Of a stretch of DNA of 64,000 bases, positions 20,800 to 31,649 are shown piece by piece. This DNA is from Gammaproteobacteria bacterium TMED112 (GTDB lineage Bacteria; Pseudomonadota; Gammaproteobacteria; Magnimaribacterales; TMED112), in the NCBI GenBank assembly GCA_002170245.2, contig NHFN02000017.1, positions 153,461 through 217,460 of the forward strand, read 5' to 3'. Made by a program: the position numbers and the translations under genes. Below the pieces are notes generated by a model. The model was not told the origin of the DNA. It did not search any database and saw nothing but the letters and a program-made list of their open reading frames with translations. Position 1 is the stretch's first letter, and every line of letters starts with the position of its first letter.

Positions 20800-21989
20800 A
20801 ATTCAGTTCTTATCCATTCAAGCACTCGGGCTATGATACCCTTGGATTGATTAAAGGTAAACTCTTTATCTTGTTCTAAAGCATAAAATTTTGTCATACC
20901 CAGAATTGCACTATTTTCTGGCTTTAATAGATTGTCAGATTTTTGCGGAAGATTATATTTTGGGGTGCCAATTTTAAAGTTAAGATTGGTTAATTTCTCT
21001 CCAAGCTTAACCATTCCTTCCATATTTGCTGAACCACCAGTAATTACTATTCCGGCAGGAATACAATTTAGAAGATTATTTTCTTCTAAATTGTTTATAC
21101 AGTGTCTAAAGATTTTTGACATTGAGTTTTCGATTAATTCAGATAGGGCTTTTCGGGAAATTGATTTTTTTCCATTTTTCAGGGAAATTTTTAACATTTC
21201 ATCATTTATATAATCGGAAAAAGCACATCCATACTTCTTTTTTATTACCTCGGCCTCGCTAGATTGAATTTCTAACGCAGAAGCAATTGTCTCGGTAATA
21301 TAATCTCCTGAGTAAGGCAAAACTTTAGAAAAAGTAACTGATCCGTTCTGATAAACAGAAATGTCAGTAGTCCCTGCCCCAATATCTAGCAAACAAACAC
21401 CTAGTTTTTTTTGATTTTCAGTTAAGACGCTATGAGCTACTCCTAATTGACTGTAGAAATATCTCCTTATTCCAATACCAGATGAGCCATCATCTATACA
21501 TTTTTTTATATTATCTTTTGTATTTTTGGAGCAATGTATCAAATGAGATCTGGCTTCTAATTTGATTCCATTCATTCCAAGGGGATCACTTATATCTCCT
21601 TGACCATCTATCAAGTAACTATTTGGCATTGCATACAGTAAGGTTTTATCGTTAGGAATCTTCATCGTTGAAGACATATTCAATGCATTCTCAATATCTC
21701 TTGCAGAAACCTCTTTTTCAGATATTGCTGCTTGACCTATTGAATTTGTGCTTGAGACTTCTTCTCCTGAGATGGAGACAAGTACTTCTTTTATCTTTAA
21801 ACCAGACTGTTTCTCAATATCTGTTAAACATTCTGAAATTGAACAAGCTGTAGCTGCGATATTTATTATTGAGCCTTTTTTAACTCCTGAAGTCTCAACA
21901 CTTGAAAAAGCATTAATTGTAAAATTTGATAAATTATCAATCAATAGCCCGCTAACTTTAGAGGTGCCAAGGTCCAAAAAACATATCAT
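20796..21989 (-). CDS. ftsA: Cell division protein FtsA
   Basis: [26 protein letters not shown]. Confidence 0.95.
   Translation of the reverse strand: MICFLDLGTSKVSGLLIDNLSNFTINAFSSVETSGVKKGSIINIAATACSISECLTDIEKQSGLKIKEVLVSISGEEVSSTNSIGQAAISEKEVSARDIENALNMSSTMKIPNDKTLLYAMPNSYLIDGQGDISDPLGMNGIKLEARSHLIHCSKNTKDNIKKCIDDGSSGIGIRRYFYSQLGVAHSVLTENQKKLGVCLLDIGAGTTDISVYQNGSVTFSKVLPYSGDYITETIASALEIQSSEAEVIKKKYGCAFSDYINDEMLKISLKNGKKSISRKALSELIENSMSKIFRHCINNLEENNLLNCIPAGIVITGGSANMEGMVKLGEKLTNLNFKIGTPKYNLPQKSDNLLKPENSAILGMTKFYALEQDKEFTFNQSKGIIARVLEWIRTEL
20833..20861 (-). promoter_or_regulatory. Candidate internal sigma70 promoter for rpsF inside the ftsA 3' end
   Basis: TTTACC-17 nt-TATCAT on the minus strand, about 35 nt upstream of rpsF. 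Confidence 0.35.
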
Positions 21990-22610
21990 TTAATTAATTT
22001 TTAATACATATCCCTGTTGGTATCTTAAGTCTAGATTGATTAGGTTTGAATTACTTTGCCTTAAATTATTGGTAATTTTTTTAAGTAATTTTAATCTTTC
22101 ATCTATTTCGGTTTTACCTATTTTTACAATCGCCTTATCAGTGATAATTTTCCAGCCTGAAAGATTTGAATAATTAAGACTTTTTAGATTTTTAATATTT
22201 TTTTCAATAAATTTCGCTTGCTTTATTACCTCACCTCTTAAATTATCCTCTTCAATAAACAATATTGGCAGATTTAATTTTTGAGGCATAAAAAATTTTT
22301 TAAAATCCTCATCGTAATAAATATTATTTTTAATTTTGAAAATAGGTTCTTTTAGAGAAATTGTATATGTTATTTTTTGTTTAGTTTTAGTTTGAAAAAA
22401 ATTTTTTACCCAATCTTTATTTTTAACATAAGTTTCAAAATACTTATCTTTGAAAAGACTCCTCTTTAAATCATTTTCACAAAATTCACAGTTCAGGGAG
22501 AGCAGTAGATTTACTTCAATTTTTTTTTGATTATTATTAGCAACCTTTACTACTGTAATCAGGGAAAAAACTAATATTATTAATAAAAAAATTTTATATT
22601 GAATCTTCAA
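21990..22610 (-). CDS. ftsQ: Cell division protein FtsQ (reduced)
   Basis: TM plus C-terminal LDLRYQQG; position ddl-ftsQ-ftsA. Confidence 0.8.
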   Translation of the reverse strand: MKIQYKIFLLIILVFSLITVVKVANNNQKKIEVNLLLSLNCEFCENDLKRSLFKDKYFETYVKNKDWVKNFFQTKTKQKITYTISLKEPIFKIKNNIYYDEDFKKFFMPQKLNLPILFIEEDNLRGEVIKQAKFIEKNIKNLKSLNYSNLSGWKIITDKAIVKIGKTEIDERLKLLKKITNNLRQSNSNLINLDLRYQQGYVLKIN

Positions 22611-23487
22611 TTATATTTGTAATTAACTCCTGGTAATTTATTCCAGACAATTTAGCAGCAAGTGGGAATAAGCTTTTTTCTGTAAATCCTGGAACGGTAT
22701 TTATTTCCAAAACTCCTAAATTTTCTCCATCATAGACAAAGTCTACTCTTCCCCATGTCTGGCAGCCGTGTTTATAAAAAGCTTTTAAAGCAATATTTTT
22801 TAATTCCTCTTTTATTTTTTTATCAACTACTTCAACTTTTTTTGTTCCCTTGCTTAAATACTTTGCCTCATAGTTATAAAACCCCTTATTATCCTCCGCG
22901 ATTATTTCAAGTGGTTGAAGAGCCTCGCCTTTTAATATTCCAACAGTATACTCAGCAGAATTATAGGCCTTTTCAATTATTACATCTTTAGAGTATTTTC
23001 TTGCCTCTGCAATTGCTTCATTAAGATTTTTTTTATGATCAACCTTTGAGACACCAAAACTTGAGCCGTTATTGTTGGGTTTAACAAAAAAATTTTTTGT
23101 TTTTAAAAAGAATTCATCTTTTAGATCTAATTTTTGCTTTTTGGTAATAACTTTAAATTCTGGAGTGGGTATTTCATTTTCAACCATCAAGATTTTCGAG
23201 GAAATTTTATCCCAACATTTCTTTGTTGAGATTTCATCTGAACCTGTAAATCTAATATTATTTCTACTTAATAATTTTTGGGTGTTGCCATCTTCACCAT
23301 CCTTACCGTGAACAGCAATGAATATTAAAGCTTCTTTATTTGTAACCTCAACATCAAATTCTTTAATGTTTTGCATTGTTGCAGAAAATTTTGTTTGATC
23401 AATATTTTTTATGATTCCTTGTGCACTTTGTTGAGATATCTCATTCTCAACAGAATCACCTCCGTATAAAATAATTACATCTCTCAT
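22594..23487 (-). CDS. ddl: D-alanine-D-alanine ligase
   Basis: HGKDGEDG, KPNNNGSSFG, LEINTVPGFT. Confidence 0.96.
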   Translation of the reverse strand: MRDVIILYGGDSVENEISQQSAQGIIKNIDQTKFSATMQNIKEFDVEVTNKEALIFIAVHGKDGEDGNTQKLLSRNNIRFTGSDEISTKKCWDKISSKILMVENEIPTPEFKVITKKQKLDLKDEFFLKTKNFFVKPNNNGSSFGVSKVDHKKNLNEAIAEARKYSKDVIIEKAYNSAEYTVGILKGEALQPLEIIAEDNKGFYNYEAKYLSKGTKKVEVVDKKIKEELKNIALKAFYKHGCQTWGRVDFVYDGENLGVLEINTVPGFTEKSLFPLAAKLSGINYQELITNIIEDSI

Positions 23488-24872
23488 TTGTATATTGCTT
23501 TTATGGAGTTTGATATGTCTACAATATTACCTGCACCTTGTGTAACTATAATTTCATTTCCCTTAATCTCAGATTCTAAAATTTTACATATTTCTTTTAG
23601 ATTCTTTGCAAAGAAGGCATTTTTCTTTTTACCAATGAGAGCATTTACAAAGTCATATGAACTTATTTTTTGTAAATTTTGCTCTCCTGCTGAATAGATA
23701 TCAAGAATTATTGACGTATCAACATCTCTTAAACACTCAATAAAATCTTCAAATAATAACGTAGAACGAGTGTATCTATGTGGTTGAAATATCATACAGA
23801 TTTTTTTGTTTGGGCTAGTCGATCTTAATGCCTCAATTGTTGCTTTTAATTCAGTTGGATGATGCCCATAATCATCAATTAGAGTTGCTGATTTACCTTC
23901 AATATTTAAATTAGCTTTAAACTCTAACCTTCTTGAGACTCCACCAAATTTTTTAAAAGAATCTTTAATGACTTTTATATTTATTCCTGCCTTCTGAGCA
24001 ACTATGAAAGCTGCTGTAGCGTTAAGTGCATTATGTTTTCCAGGCAGGGTTAATTCTAAAGATATTTCCTTGCCTGTAGAACTACGGACTATTTTAAATT
24101 TTTGAAGCATTGCATTTTGTTTCAGGTCTTTAATAAAATAATCAGCTTTTTTGTCAAATCCATAGGATATTTTTGGTCTGGATAATAATCTAAATACCTC
24201 TTTAGAATTATCGGAATCTATGCAAATTATTGCACATCCGAAAAAAGGTAGATTTTCAAGAAATTGTAGAAAAGTTGAATCCAATTTTTCAATACTATTC
24301 TCATAATAATCAAGGTGATCATTATCAATGTTTGTAACAACGCTAATTTCTGGATTTAGATGCAAAAAAGATGCATCACTTTCATCAGCCTCAACTATTA
24401 AAAATTCGCCTGTTCCTAAAATACTTTTGTTTTCTTGGCCTAAAATTTTACCGCCGATAATAAATGTGGGATCAAGCTTTGCTCTAACAAAAATATCTGC
24501 AATTAAGCTTGTAGTAGTAGTTTTTCCGTGAGAACCAGCTACCGCAATACTTTGAAACCCTCTCATTAAGCTCGATAACATTTCTGCTCTTGGTATTAAA
24601 GTAATATTTAGAGACTTAGCAGCTTTCATTTCAGGATTTGAAGCGTTTACTGCAGAGGAATATACAACTACATCTGAACTTCTTACATTCTTCTGATTAT
24701 GGCCAATAAAAATTTTTGCGCCTAAAGAAGATAATCTAGAAGTATTTTTATTTTTAACAAGATCGCTACCACTTACACTAAAGCCTTGCTTAATAAGCAT
24801 TTCTGCAATGCCAACCATTCCCACACCTCCAATACCAATGAAGTGTATTTTTCTGATATTACTTAATTTCAT
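23484..24872 (-). CDS. murC: UDP-MurNAc-L-Ala ligase
   Basis: HFIGIGGVGM, GSHGKTTT, EADESD, DDYGHHPTE. Confidence 0.97.
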   Translation of the reverse strand: MKLSNIRKIHFIGIGGVGMVGIAEMLIKQGFSVSGSDLVKNKNTSRLSSLGAKIFIGHNQKNVRSSDVVVYSSAVNASNPEMKAAKSLNITLIPRAEMLSSLMRGFQSIAVAGSHGKTTTTSLIADIFVRAKLDPTFIIGGKILGQENKSILGTGEFLIVEADESDASFLHLNPEISVVTNIDNDHLDYYENSIEKLDSTFLQFLENLPFFGCAIICIDSDNSKEVFRLLSRPKISYGFDKKADYFIKDLKQNAMLQKFKIVRSSTGKEISLELTLPGKHNALNATAAFIVAQKAGINIKVIKDSFKKFGGVSRRLEFKANLNIEGKSATLIDDYGHHPTELKATIEALRSTSPNKKICMIFQPHRYTRSTLLFEDFIECLRDVDTSIILDIYSAGEQNLQKISSYDFVNALIGKKKNAFFAKNLKEICKILESEIKGNEIIVTQGAGNIVDISNSIKAIYK

Positions 24873-25854
24873 GAACTATTTTTTCTGCCGAATTCAAGTG
24901 TATACTTTTGCCCATTTTTTTACTTAATTCTTGAAAATTTTGTAAGCTGAATTCATAAATTTTTTGAGAAAAATCCTCAACTTCAAATTTTTTTTCGTTT
25001 AACACAATTCCCCCACCTTCATCGCATGCTAATTTAGCATTCTTCATTTGATGGTCATCTATTGAGTTTGACAATGGAATAAATACTGCTGGCAAACCCA
25101 TGCTTTGCACTTCGGCAACAGTTGATGCGCCAGCTCTACAAATTATAAATTTTGATCTAGCCATTACTTCTGGCATATTTTCAATGAACTTTATGTATTC
25201 AATTTTTTCTGTTGATGTTTTTTTATCATGCTCACCAGTCTGAAATAGTATTTTTTCATTTAAATCTAAGTTATCTAATATTTCACTTAGTTGATTGTTA
25301 AAAAAAAGGGCTCCCTGACTGCCTCCTAGGACAAGAATATGTTCTTTTTTAGAGTGTGAAGCATAGCTTAGCGTATTAAACGCAGATCTTATTGGTTGGC
25401 CAAAATTATGTTCTTTTTTTTCGTTTAGAGGAAATGTTGTGAACAGTTTTTTTGCAAATAATAAACTTAATTTATTGGCTGAGCCTAAAATTGAATTTTG
25501 CTCATGTATGTAGATATCTTTAAACAGAATAATTGATGAAATTAAACCAATTACAGAAATATAATTACCCATTAGAAGAACATTCTGGGGCCTATATTTC
25601 AATAGCAGAAAAATTGAAATCAAAACACAATTCATGATACTAAAAGGCCATAATATTTTTTCAAAAAAATTTTTTCCCCTGAACCCTGAAATATTTAAAT
25701 GTCTTACTTTAAAACCTGAATTTTTATAAATTTTTCTCTCTATCTCCCTATTTGAGGCAATAAAAATTACATTTTCTTTACCAAACTTTTCAGCTATAGA
25801 TAATGCAGGATAAATGTGGCCTCCTGTTCCAGCTGCAAAAATTGCAATTTTCAT
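24859..25854 (-). CDS. murG: MurG glycosyltransferase
   Basis: GTGGHIYP, HEQN, GGSQGA, RAGAST. Confidence 0.96.
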   Translation of the reverse strand: MKIAIFAAGTGGHIYPALSIAEKFGKENVIFIASNREIERKIYKNSGFKVRHLNISGFRGKNFFEKILWPFSIMNCVLISIFLLLKYRPQNVLLMGNYISVIGLISSIILFKDIYIHEQNSILGSANKLSLLFAKKLFTTFPLNEKKEHNFGQPIRSAFNTLSYASHSKKEHILVLGGSQGALFFNNQLSEILDNLDLNEKILFQTGEHDKKTSTEKIEYIKFIENMPEVMARSKFIICRAGASTVAEVQSMGLPAVFIPLSNSIDDHQMKNAKLACDEGGGIVLNEKKFEVEDFSQKIYEFSLQNFQELSKKMGKSIHLNSAEKIVHEIK

Positions 25855-26972
25855 TTTATTTTATTTCTGAACTCCCAACTTGCTCGTAAAGTGATAGCTA
25901 AAGCAATAAAATTCATGATAACACTACTTCTTCCATAACTAATGAATGGTAAGGTCAGACCTTTTGTTGGAATGACACCAAGGTTTACGAAAATATTTAG
26001 AGAAGTTTGAATAAAAAATAATAAAGCGAATGATGTAATAATTAAGCTATTAAAAAAATAATTTTGATTTTTTGCATTTTCAGCTAGTTTAAATAGCCTC
26101 CACAAAATTACAAGATAACAAGATAACAAGATAAGAAAGCCAATTGCTCCAGTTTCTTCCAAATAAATTGAAAAAATAAAATCAGTGTGGGCTTCAGGAA
26201 GAAAAAAATATTTTTGTGTGCTCTCACCAATTCCAAGACCAAAAATACCACCTTGAACAGATGCAATAAGTGCATTTATAAGCTGATAGTCTGAGCCGGT
26301 CATATCATCCCAAGGATTTGCAAAAGATAAAACTCTATCCAGTCTTTCAGGATTAAAATAAATTGCAACAGTAAGAAATATAAAGAAAATTATAGTCAAA
26401 ATAGCAAGCTGTGAGATCTTTGCGCCTCCAATGAAAAGAATACATATTGCTATTGAAAATAATATTGCAGTATTTCCATAATCAGGTTCAAGAAATAAAA
26501 GCAAGGCAATTAATGTTGTAACAGCTATTGGCTTGATGAAGCCCCTCCAACTAGTCTCAAGCTGCTCTTTTCTTCTTAAACAATAACTACATAAATACAA
26601 AGGAAGAAATATCTTAATAATTTCTGAGGGTTGAATATTTATTGGGCCAATGGCTAACCATCTTCGAGCTCCATTTATCTCTTGACCTAAGCCTGGGATC
26701 AAAACAAAGCCCAAAAGCATTGAACTTAATACAAGCAAAATAAGTCCATTTTCCTTATAAAAAGATATAGGAATAAAAAGAAATATTGAACATGCAACTA
26801 GTGATATTGATAAAGCAATTATTTGTCTTTCTAGGAAAAAGAATGGATTACCAAAGTCTGCATTTGCAATTACATTTGAAGATGAATAAATAAAAATAAG
26901 ACTTATACCAGTAATAATTATGAATGGAACTAGTAAAGTTAAGTCGAATAAATTTTCTTTTCTATTAATCAA
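25851..26972 (-). CDS. ftsW: Peptidoglycan polymerase FtsW
   Basis: GARRW, QPSE, LPEAHTDF, GLTLPFISYG. Confidence 0.96.
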   Translation of the reverse strand: MINRKENLFDLTLLVPFIIITGISLIFIYSSSNVIANADFGNPFFFLERQIIALSISLVACSIFLFIPISFYKENGLILLVLSSMLLGFVLIPGLGQEINGARRWLAIGPINIQPSEIIKIFLPLYLCSYCLRRKEQLETSWRGFIKPIAVTTLIALLLFLEPDYGNTAILFSIAICILFIGGAKISQLAILTIIFFIFLTVAIYFNPERLDRVLSFANPWDDMTGSDYQLINALIASVQGGIFGLGIGESTQKYFFLPEAHTDFIFSIYLEETGAIGFLILLSCYLVILWRLFKLAENAKNQNYFFNSLIITSFALLFFIQTSLNIFVNLGVIPTKGLTLPFISYGRSSVIMNFIALAITLRASWEFRNKIK

Positions 26973-28035
26973 AATACGTTTCTTTTAAATTATTAAAATG
27001 TTGCCCTCTTTCGATAAAATTTGAATAATCATTGCCGCTTGGATTGCCAGGACTAAATAAAATATCTTTGTATTTGTCTTTTTTTAAAATATTAAAAATT
27101 TCACCTAGATTTTCAAAAGTTGAGATATTTTCATGTTTTAAAATGTTTAGCAATTCATTTCGATGCTTTCCATAAATAAAAACTCTTCTAGGGCCTTTTA
27201 TACATAATTCTTTGCAATCTTCTTTATTTGGATTACCGCAAATAATTAAGTCTCCCTTAAAATTTAATTTATTTATAGCGTACAGAAGTGACGCTGAATT
27301 TGTAGATTTAGAATCATTAATAATTCCCGCTGAAATCTCTTGCAATCTAAATGGCAGAGTAGATAAATTTAGATCTGCAACATTCAATTTCGGCTCAATT
27401 CCTGATACAAAAGCTATTGCAAATTCTAGGTAATCATCTGTTGTGCAAAACATTGTTTTTCCTTTTTCAGAGCAGATTTTCAATTTTGTATTTTTATAAT
27501 CCTCGTAGTTTCCATGATGATCAATATGGTCGTTTTGAATATTTGTAATAATTGAAAAATCGAAATGATTTTTTTTCATTTTCTCTAACTGAAAACTTGA
27601 TGCTTCAATAACCGTATATTTATTTGTGTGATTTATATTATCTAAAAGTGGATTGCCAATATTTCCAAGTGCAACTGAAGAACTCACTTTATTCAAAATT
27701 TGATTAAGATAATTAACCAATGTGCTTTTACCATTTGTTCCAGTAACTCCAATTTTTATAGATTTATTGTTTTGAAAAAAAAGGTCTAAATCAGAAACAT
27801 AATTCAGCTTCCCAATACTTATATTAGAAAAATATTTTTTTAATTGTATCCCAGGAGAAACATATAAATTCACGTAATCAGAAATACTTTCATCATTTAA
27901 ACAATCTAATGTATTTTTTTTATTTTCTAATTTTGTCTTATCTTCATCAAAAATATCAAAAGGAATAGAATTTGTAGCGAGGAATTTTTCGAAAGATTTT
28001 CCAGTTACTCCATAGCCAATAATAAGTGATTTCAT
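26965..28035 (-). CDS. murD: UDP-MurNAc-L-Ala:D-Glu ligase (shortened)
   Basis: GYGVTG, TGTNGKST, EASSFQL, NDSKSTN. Confidence 0.92.
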   Translation of the reverse strand: MKSLIIGYGVTGKSFEKFLATNSIPFDIFDEDKTKLENKKNTLDCLNDESISDYVNLYVSPGIQLKKYFSNISIGKLNYVSDLDLFFQNNKSIKIGVTGTNGKSTLVNYLNQILNKVSSSVALGNIGNPLLDNINHTNKYTVIEASSFQLEKMKKNHFDFSIITNIQNDHIDHHGNYEDYKNTKLKICSEKGKTMFCTTDDYLEFAIAFVSGIEPKLNVADLNLSTLPFRLQEISAGIINDSKSTNSASLLYAINKLNFKGDLIICGNPNKEDCKELCIKGPRRVFIYGKHRNELLNILKHENISTFENLGEIFNILKKDKYKDILFSPGNPSGNDYSNFIERGQHFNNLKETYFD

Positions 28036-29117
28036 TATCTAATTTTTAAGAGAGATAGACCAACCAAAACAAATATAAAAGTTAAGATCCAAAATCTCAC
28101 AATTATTTTTGGTTCTTTCCAGCCTAATAACTCAAAATGATGATGAATAGGAGCCATTTTAAAGATTCTTTTTTTTCTTATTTTGAAAGATGAAACTTGT
28201 AGAATTACACTCAAAGCCTCCATTATAAAAACCATCGACATTACGGCAAAGACTATTTCGTGTCTTACAATTATTGCTACGAGTGCAATAAATGCCCCCA
28301 TTGAAAGTGAACCAACATCACCCATGAAAATTTGTGCAGGATAAGCATTGAACCACAAAAAACCAATTCCAGCTCCAATTAAAGCTCCACAAATAACTAA
28401 TAATTCTCCTGTACCTTCTACGTAAGGTATATACAAATAATCGGAGACAATTGTATTTCCTGCAGACCAAGCAATTAAGCCAAGTGCTGAAGTAATAAGA
28501 ATTACTGGAAGAATTGCCAAACCATCAAGACCATCAGTTAAATTTACTGCATTTGAACTTCCAACAATTATAAATATTGATACCGGTATAAATAATATTC
28601 CTATCGAAATTGAGACATCTTTAAAGAAAGGCACTATGTAATTCAGCTCTTTTGGTTCAAAAACATAAAAATAAAGAACTACGGAAATAATTAAAGAGAA
28701 TAAAAATTGAAAAGAAATTTTAGTCCATGAAGAAATACCTTTTGAATTTTTTTCGGTTACTTTTTTGAAGTCATCAGCAAAACCTAATATTGCAAAGAGG
28801 AATAAGCATAATAGAGATACTGATAAGAACCTATTTGAAAAATCACCCCAAAGAATACTTGAAAATATCACACTTCCGATAATTAGTAGACCTCCCATTG
28901 TTGGAGTTCCGTCTTTTACTTTATGCGAGTCTGGCCCTCTATCCCCAATTGTTTGTTGAAATTGAAATGATCTTATTTTTTTAATAAAAAATTCTCCAAA
29001 TAAAAGAACAATCAATAGGCCTGATAATGTGGATAAGAATGTTCTTGTGCTTAAATACGAAAAAAGGTTAAGAAATGGGCTTTTTTCTAAAAAAAAATTA
29101 AGAAGAAATTCAATCAT
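28035..29117 (-). CDS. mraY: Phospho-MurNAc-pentapeptide transferase
   Basis: GTPTMGG, NLTDGLDGL, FMGDVGS, APIHHHFE. Confidence 0.98.
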   Translation of the reverse strand: MIEFLLNFFLEKSPFLNLFSYLSTRTFLSTLSGLLIVLLFGEFFIKKIRSFQFQQTIGDRGPDSHKVKDGTPTMGGLLIIGSVIFSSILWGDFSNRFLSVSLLCLFLFAILGFADDFKKVTEKNSKGISSWTKISFQFLFSLIISVVLYFYVFEPKELNYIVPFFKDVSISIGILFIPVSIFIIVGSSNAVNLTDGLDGLAILPVILITSALGLIAWSAGNTIVSDYLYIPYVEGTGELLVICGALIGAGIGFLWFNAYPAQIFMGDVGSLSMGAFIALVAIIVRHEIVFAVMSMVFIMEALSVILQVSSFKIRKKRIFKMAPIHHHFELLGWKEPKIIVRFWILTFIFVLVGLSLLKIR

Positions 29118-30267
29118 TTATCAACAACTCAAGATAGGATTCCATTTTACTAGACCTGGAGCCTTTAAAATAGACTTTTTTCCCTCCCTTAAGCTGTTTT
29201 ATCAGATAATTTTTTGGGAAATCTTGTTTATTTTCAAAAAAATTAATATTTTTGCAAGATATTTTTTTGATAGCTTCTTTAAAAATTTTTCCTGTTAAAA
29301 ATATCTGAAAATCTGAAAGCTGTCTTAACAAATTTTCATGTTTTTTATTTTCATCTTCACCTAATTCCGCCATATCACCCAAAACTAAAATAGTATTACT
29401 TGAATCTTCTTCCATAGCAGTTGCTATGACAGTGTCTGGGTGAGCATTATAGGTTTGATCTATAATTTCACTGCCGTGCAATTTAATTATGTTGCCTCTT
29501 CCAGCAGAAGGTGTGAAAGTGATTTTTTTTAGATCTTTATCGATAGATAGTAAATTTAATATTCTTTGAATAATTTCTTTGTTCTTCTCTAAGATATTTT
29601 TATTTTTAATACCTCTTCCATCGACAAAATTATCTATATTCTTAAGACATTCTTTTAGTTTTAATTTTGTTTTGGATATATTTTCTATATTTTTAAATGT
29701 GCTTAGGTGGTTTGAAGCTATAGCTGTTAGGATAAAGACATCACAAGAAAGTTTTTTAGAAATTAAATCAAAATCCCCAACATTTCTTGCACCACATTCA
29801 ACAACAAGATATTCAGTATCTTTTGGCATGCTCAGTATAGTAAAGGGTATACCAAATTCGTTATTTTCATTATCTTTGCTTGCATGACATTTATCTCCTA
29901 ACAAGCTTTTCAACATATCTTTAAGAGTTGTTTTACCATAGCTCCCAGTAATAAAAATCACTTTAGCTTTACTTTCAATTAGTTTAAAAGAGCATATATC
30001 TAGCAAAGAGCTGTAAACATCATCAACTACAATCGAAGTACCAAAAATTTTTTGTTTAGTTATTACAGATGCGCCTTTTTGCAATACTTCTTCAATAAAA
30101 ACTTCAGCATCATGATTATTTCCTTTTAATGGAATAAATAGATCACCCTCTCTGGCCATTTTTGAATCAAAAATAATTCTTTCAATTTTTGCATCAGTTT
30201 GAACATTCTCAAACCCAAGAATTTGAGATAATTCTTTTAAAGATTTATTTTCACTCATAATATGCAC
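29110..30267 (-). CDS. murF: MurF ligase (shortened; start may be 30258)
   Basis: TGSYGKTT, NNEFGIP, YNAHP, LGDMAELG, KGSRS. Confidence 0.92.
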   Translation of the reverse strand: MHIMSENKSLKELSQILGFENVQTDAKIERIIFDSKMAREGDLFIPLKGNNHDAEVFIEEVLQKGASVITKQKIFGTSIVVDDVYSSLLDICSFKLIESKAKVIFITGSYGKTTLKDMLKSLLGDKCHASKDNENNEFGIPFTILSMPKDTEYLVVECGARNVGDFDLISKKLSCDVFILTAIASNHLSTFKNIENISKTKLKLKECLKNIDNFVDGRGIKNKNILEKNKEIIQRILNLLSIDKDLKKITFTPSAGRGNIIKLHGSEIIDQTYNAHPDTVIATAMEEDSSNTILVLGDMAELGEDENKKHENLLRQLSDFQIFLTGKIFKEAIKKISCKNINFFENKQDFPKNYLIKQLKGGKKVYFKGSRSSKMESYLELLIND

Positions 30268-31649
30268 TTTTTTACCTCCTCATAATCAGAAAAATCTAAA
30301 CATGCATCACCAATAATTTGTTTATTTTCATGACCCTTGCCAGCTATTAGAAGTATGTCTCCTTCGCTAAGCTCATTTATAGCATTTTTAATTGCACGAG
30401 ATCTATCAAGCTCCATACAGATCTTATCCGACCCTTCTATTCCTTCCACTATCATATTTGATATTTGCTGAGGGTCCTCATTTCTTGGATTATCAGAAGT
30501 TATATAAATTTTCTCACAATATCTATCTGCGACTTCTCCCATTAGAGCCCTTTTACCTTTATCCCTTTCACCTCCAGCTCCGAAAACAATTATTAATTTA
30601 TTTTTTTTCTTTTTAGATAGACATTTACATACAGATTCTAAAGCTTTGGGCGTATGAGCATAATCAATATACACATTCTCTTTTTCAGTTTTACTTAATC
30701 TGCCAAATGGCAATGACAGGTTCTGAACTTTAGCAAAAAAATCTTCGCAATCATCATTGATAAATTGATAATAAGGCAGAGTTAAAAATAAATTATATAG
30801 ATTAAATTTAGATTCAATTTTAGAAGCAGCTTGAAATTTACCCCATGGTGTTTCTACTAAAAATTCAATATTTCCATCCTCAAAGGACTTTAGAACTTTA
30901 AAAAAGATATCTGATTTATTATCTCTAGACGAAATCTTAAATGTTTTCATTGAGCATATCTTTTTAAGTTGACTAGATATTATTTCATCGTCAAAATTTA
31001 CAGCTACTGTCTTAACTTTTGCGTTGCTAACTAACTTAAACTTAGCATTAATATAATTCTGCAACGAGCCATGATAATCAAGATGATCTCTGGAAATATT
31101 TGTGAATATAGCATGATTAATCTTTAAGCCCTGCAATCTATTTTTATCAACTCCGATAGATGAAGCTTCAAAAATAATATTCTTAATGCCCGTTCGAAAA
31201 CATTTTGACATAAGATTTCTGATGAAAACAGGCTCTTCTGTAGTGAGCTCGTTATTAAAAATTTTTTGCTCATTTATGAAAGTTCCTAAAGTGCCAGATG
31301 AAGCATGTTTAATGCCATTATTTTCCAAAATTTGGCTTAAAAAGCTGAGAGTTGTTGTTTTACCATTTGTTCCTGTAATAAAGAGATTATTGAAATATGA
31401 ATGATCAATCTGAAAGTATTCATCTATCCATTTTAAATACGAACTATTAAGATCTTTTATTTTGGAAGCTTTTGGTAGATCTATATTTTCACTGCTATCT
31501 AGAAAGACATGTTTTGCAAGATCTGCTTGATCATTAGTCAAATATTTTGCTCCGCCTCTGAGAGATAAAAAAATATCATTTTTTCTTAAATATTTTGAAT
31601 TTGTAACTAGGTTTTCATTTGAACTGAGATTTAAAAAAGGATTTTTCAT
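30255..31649 (-). CDS. murE: MurE ligase (meso-DAP type)
   Basis: TGTNGKTT, DHLDYH, DYAHTP, DNPR, AGKGHE. Confidence 0.96.
   Translation of the reverse strand: MKNPFLNLSSNENLVTNSKYLRKNDIFLSLRGGAKYLTNDQADLAKHVFLDSSENIDLPKASKIKDLNSSYLKWIDEYFQIDHSYFNNLFITGTNGKTTTLSFLSQILENNGIKHASSGTLGTFINEQKIFNNELTTEEPVFIRNLMSKCFRTGIKNIIFEASSIGVDKNRLQGLKINHAIFTNISRDHLDYHGSLQNYINAKFKLVSNAKVKTVAVNFDDEIISSQLKKICSMKTFKISSRDNKSDIFFKVLKSFEDGNIEFLVETPWGKFQAASKIESKFNLYNLFLTLPYYQFINDDCEDFFAKVQNLSLPFGRLSKTEKENVYIDYAHTPKALESVCKCLSKKKKNKLIIVFGAGGERDKGKRALMGEVADRYCEKIYITSDNPRNEDPQQISNMIVEGIEGSDKICMELDRSRAIKNAINELSEGDILLIAGKGHENKQIIGDACLDFSDYEEVKKCIL

Noticed and set aside
26110-26134. ACAAGATA x3 tandem repeat in ftsW
   Set aside because: Lies in a TM-coding region of an essential gene with frame intact; probably coincidental rather than phase variation.
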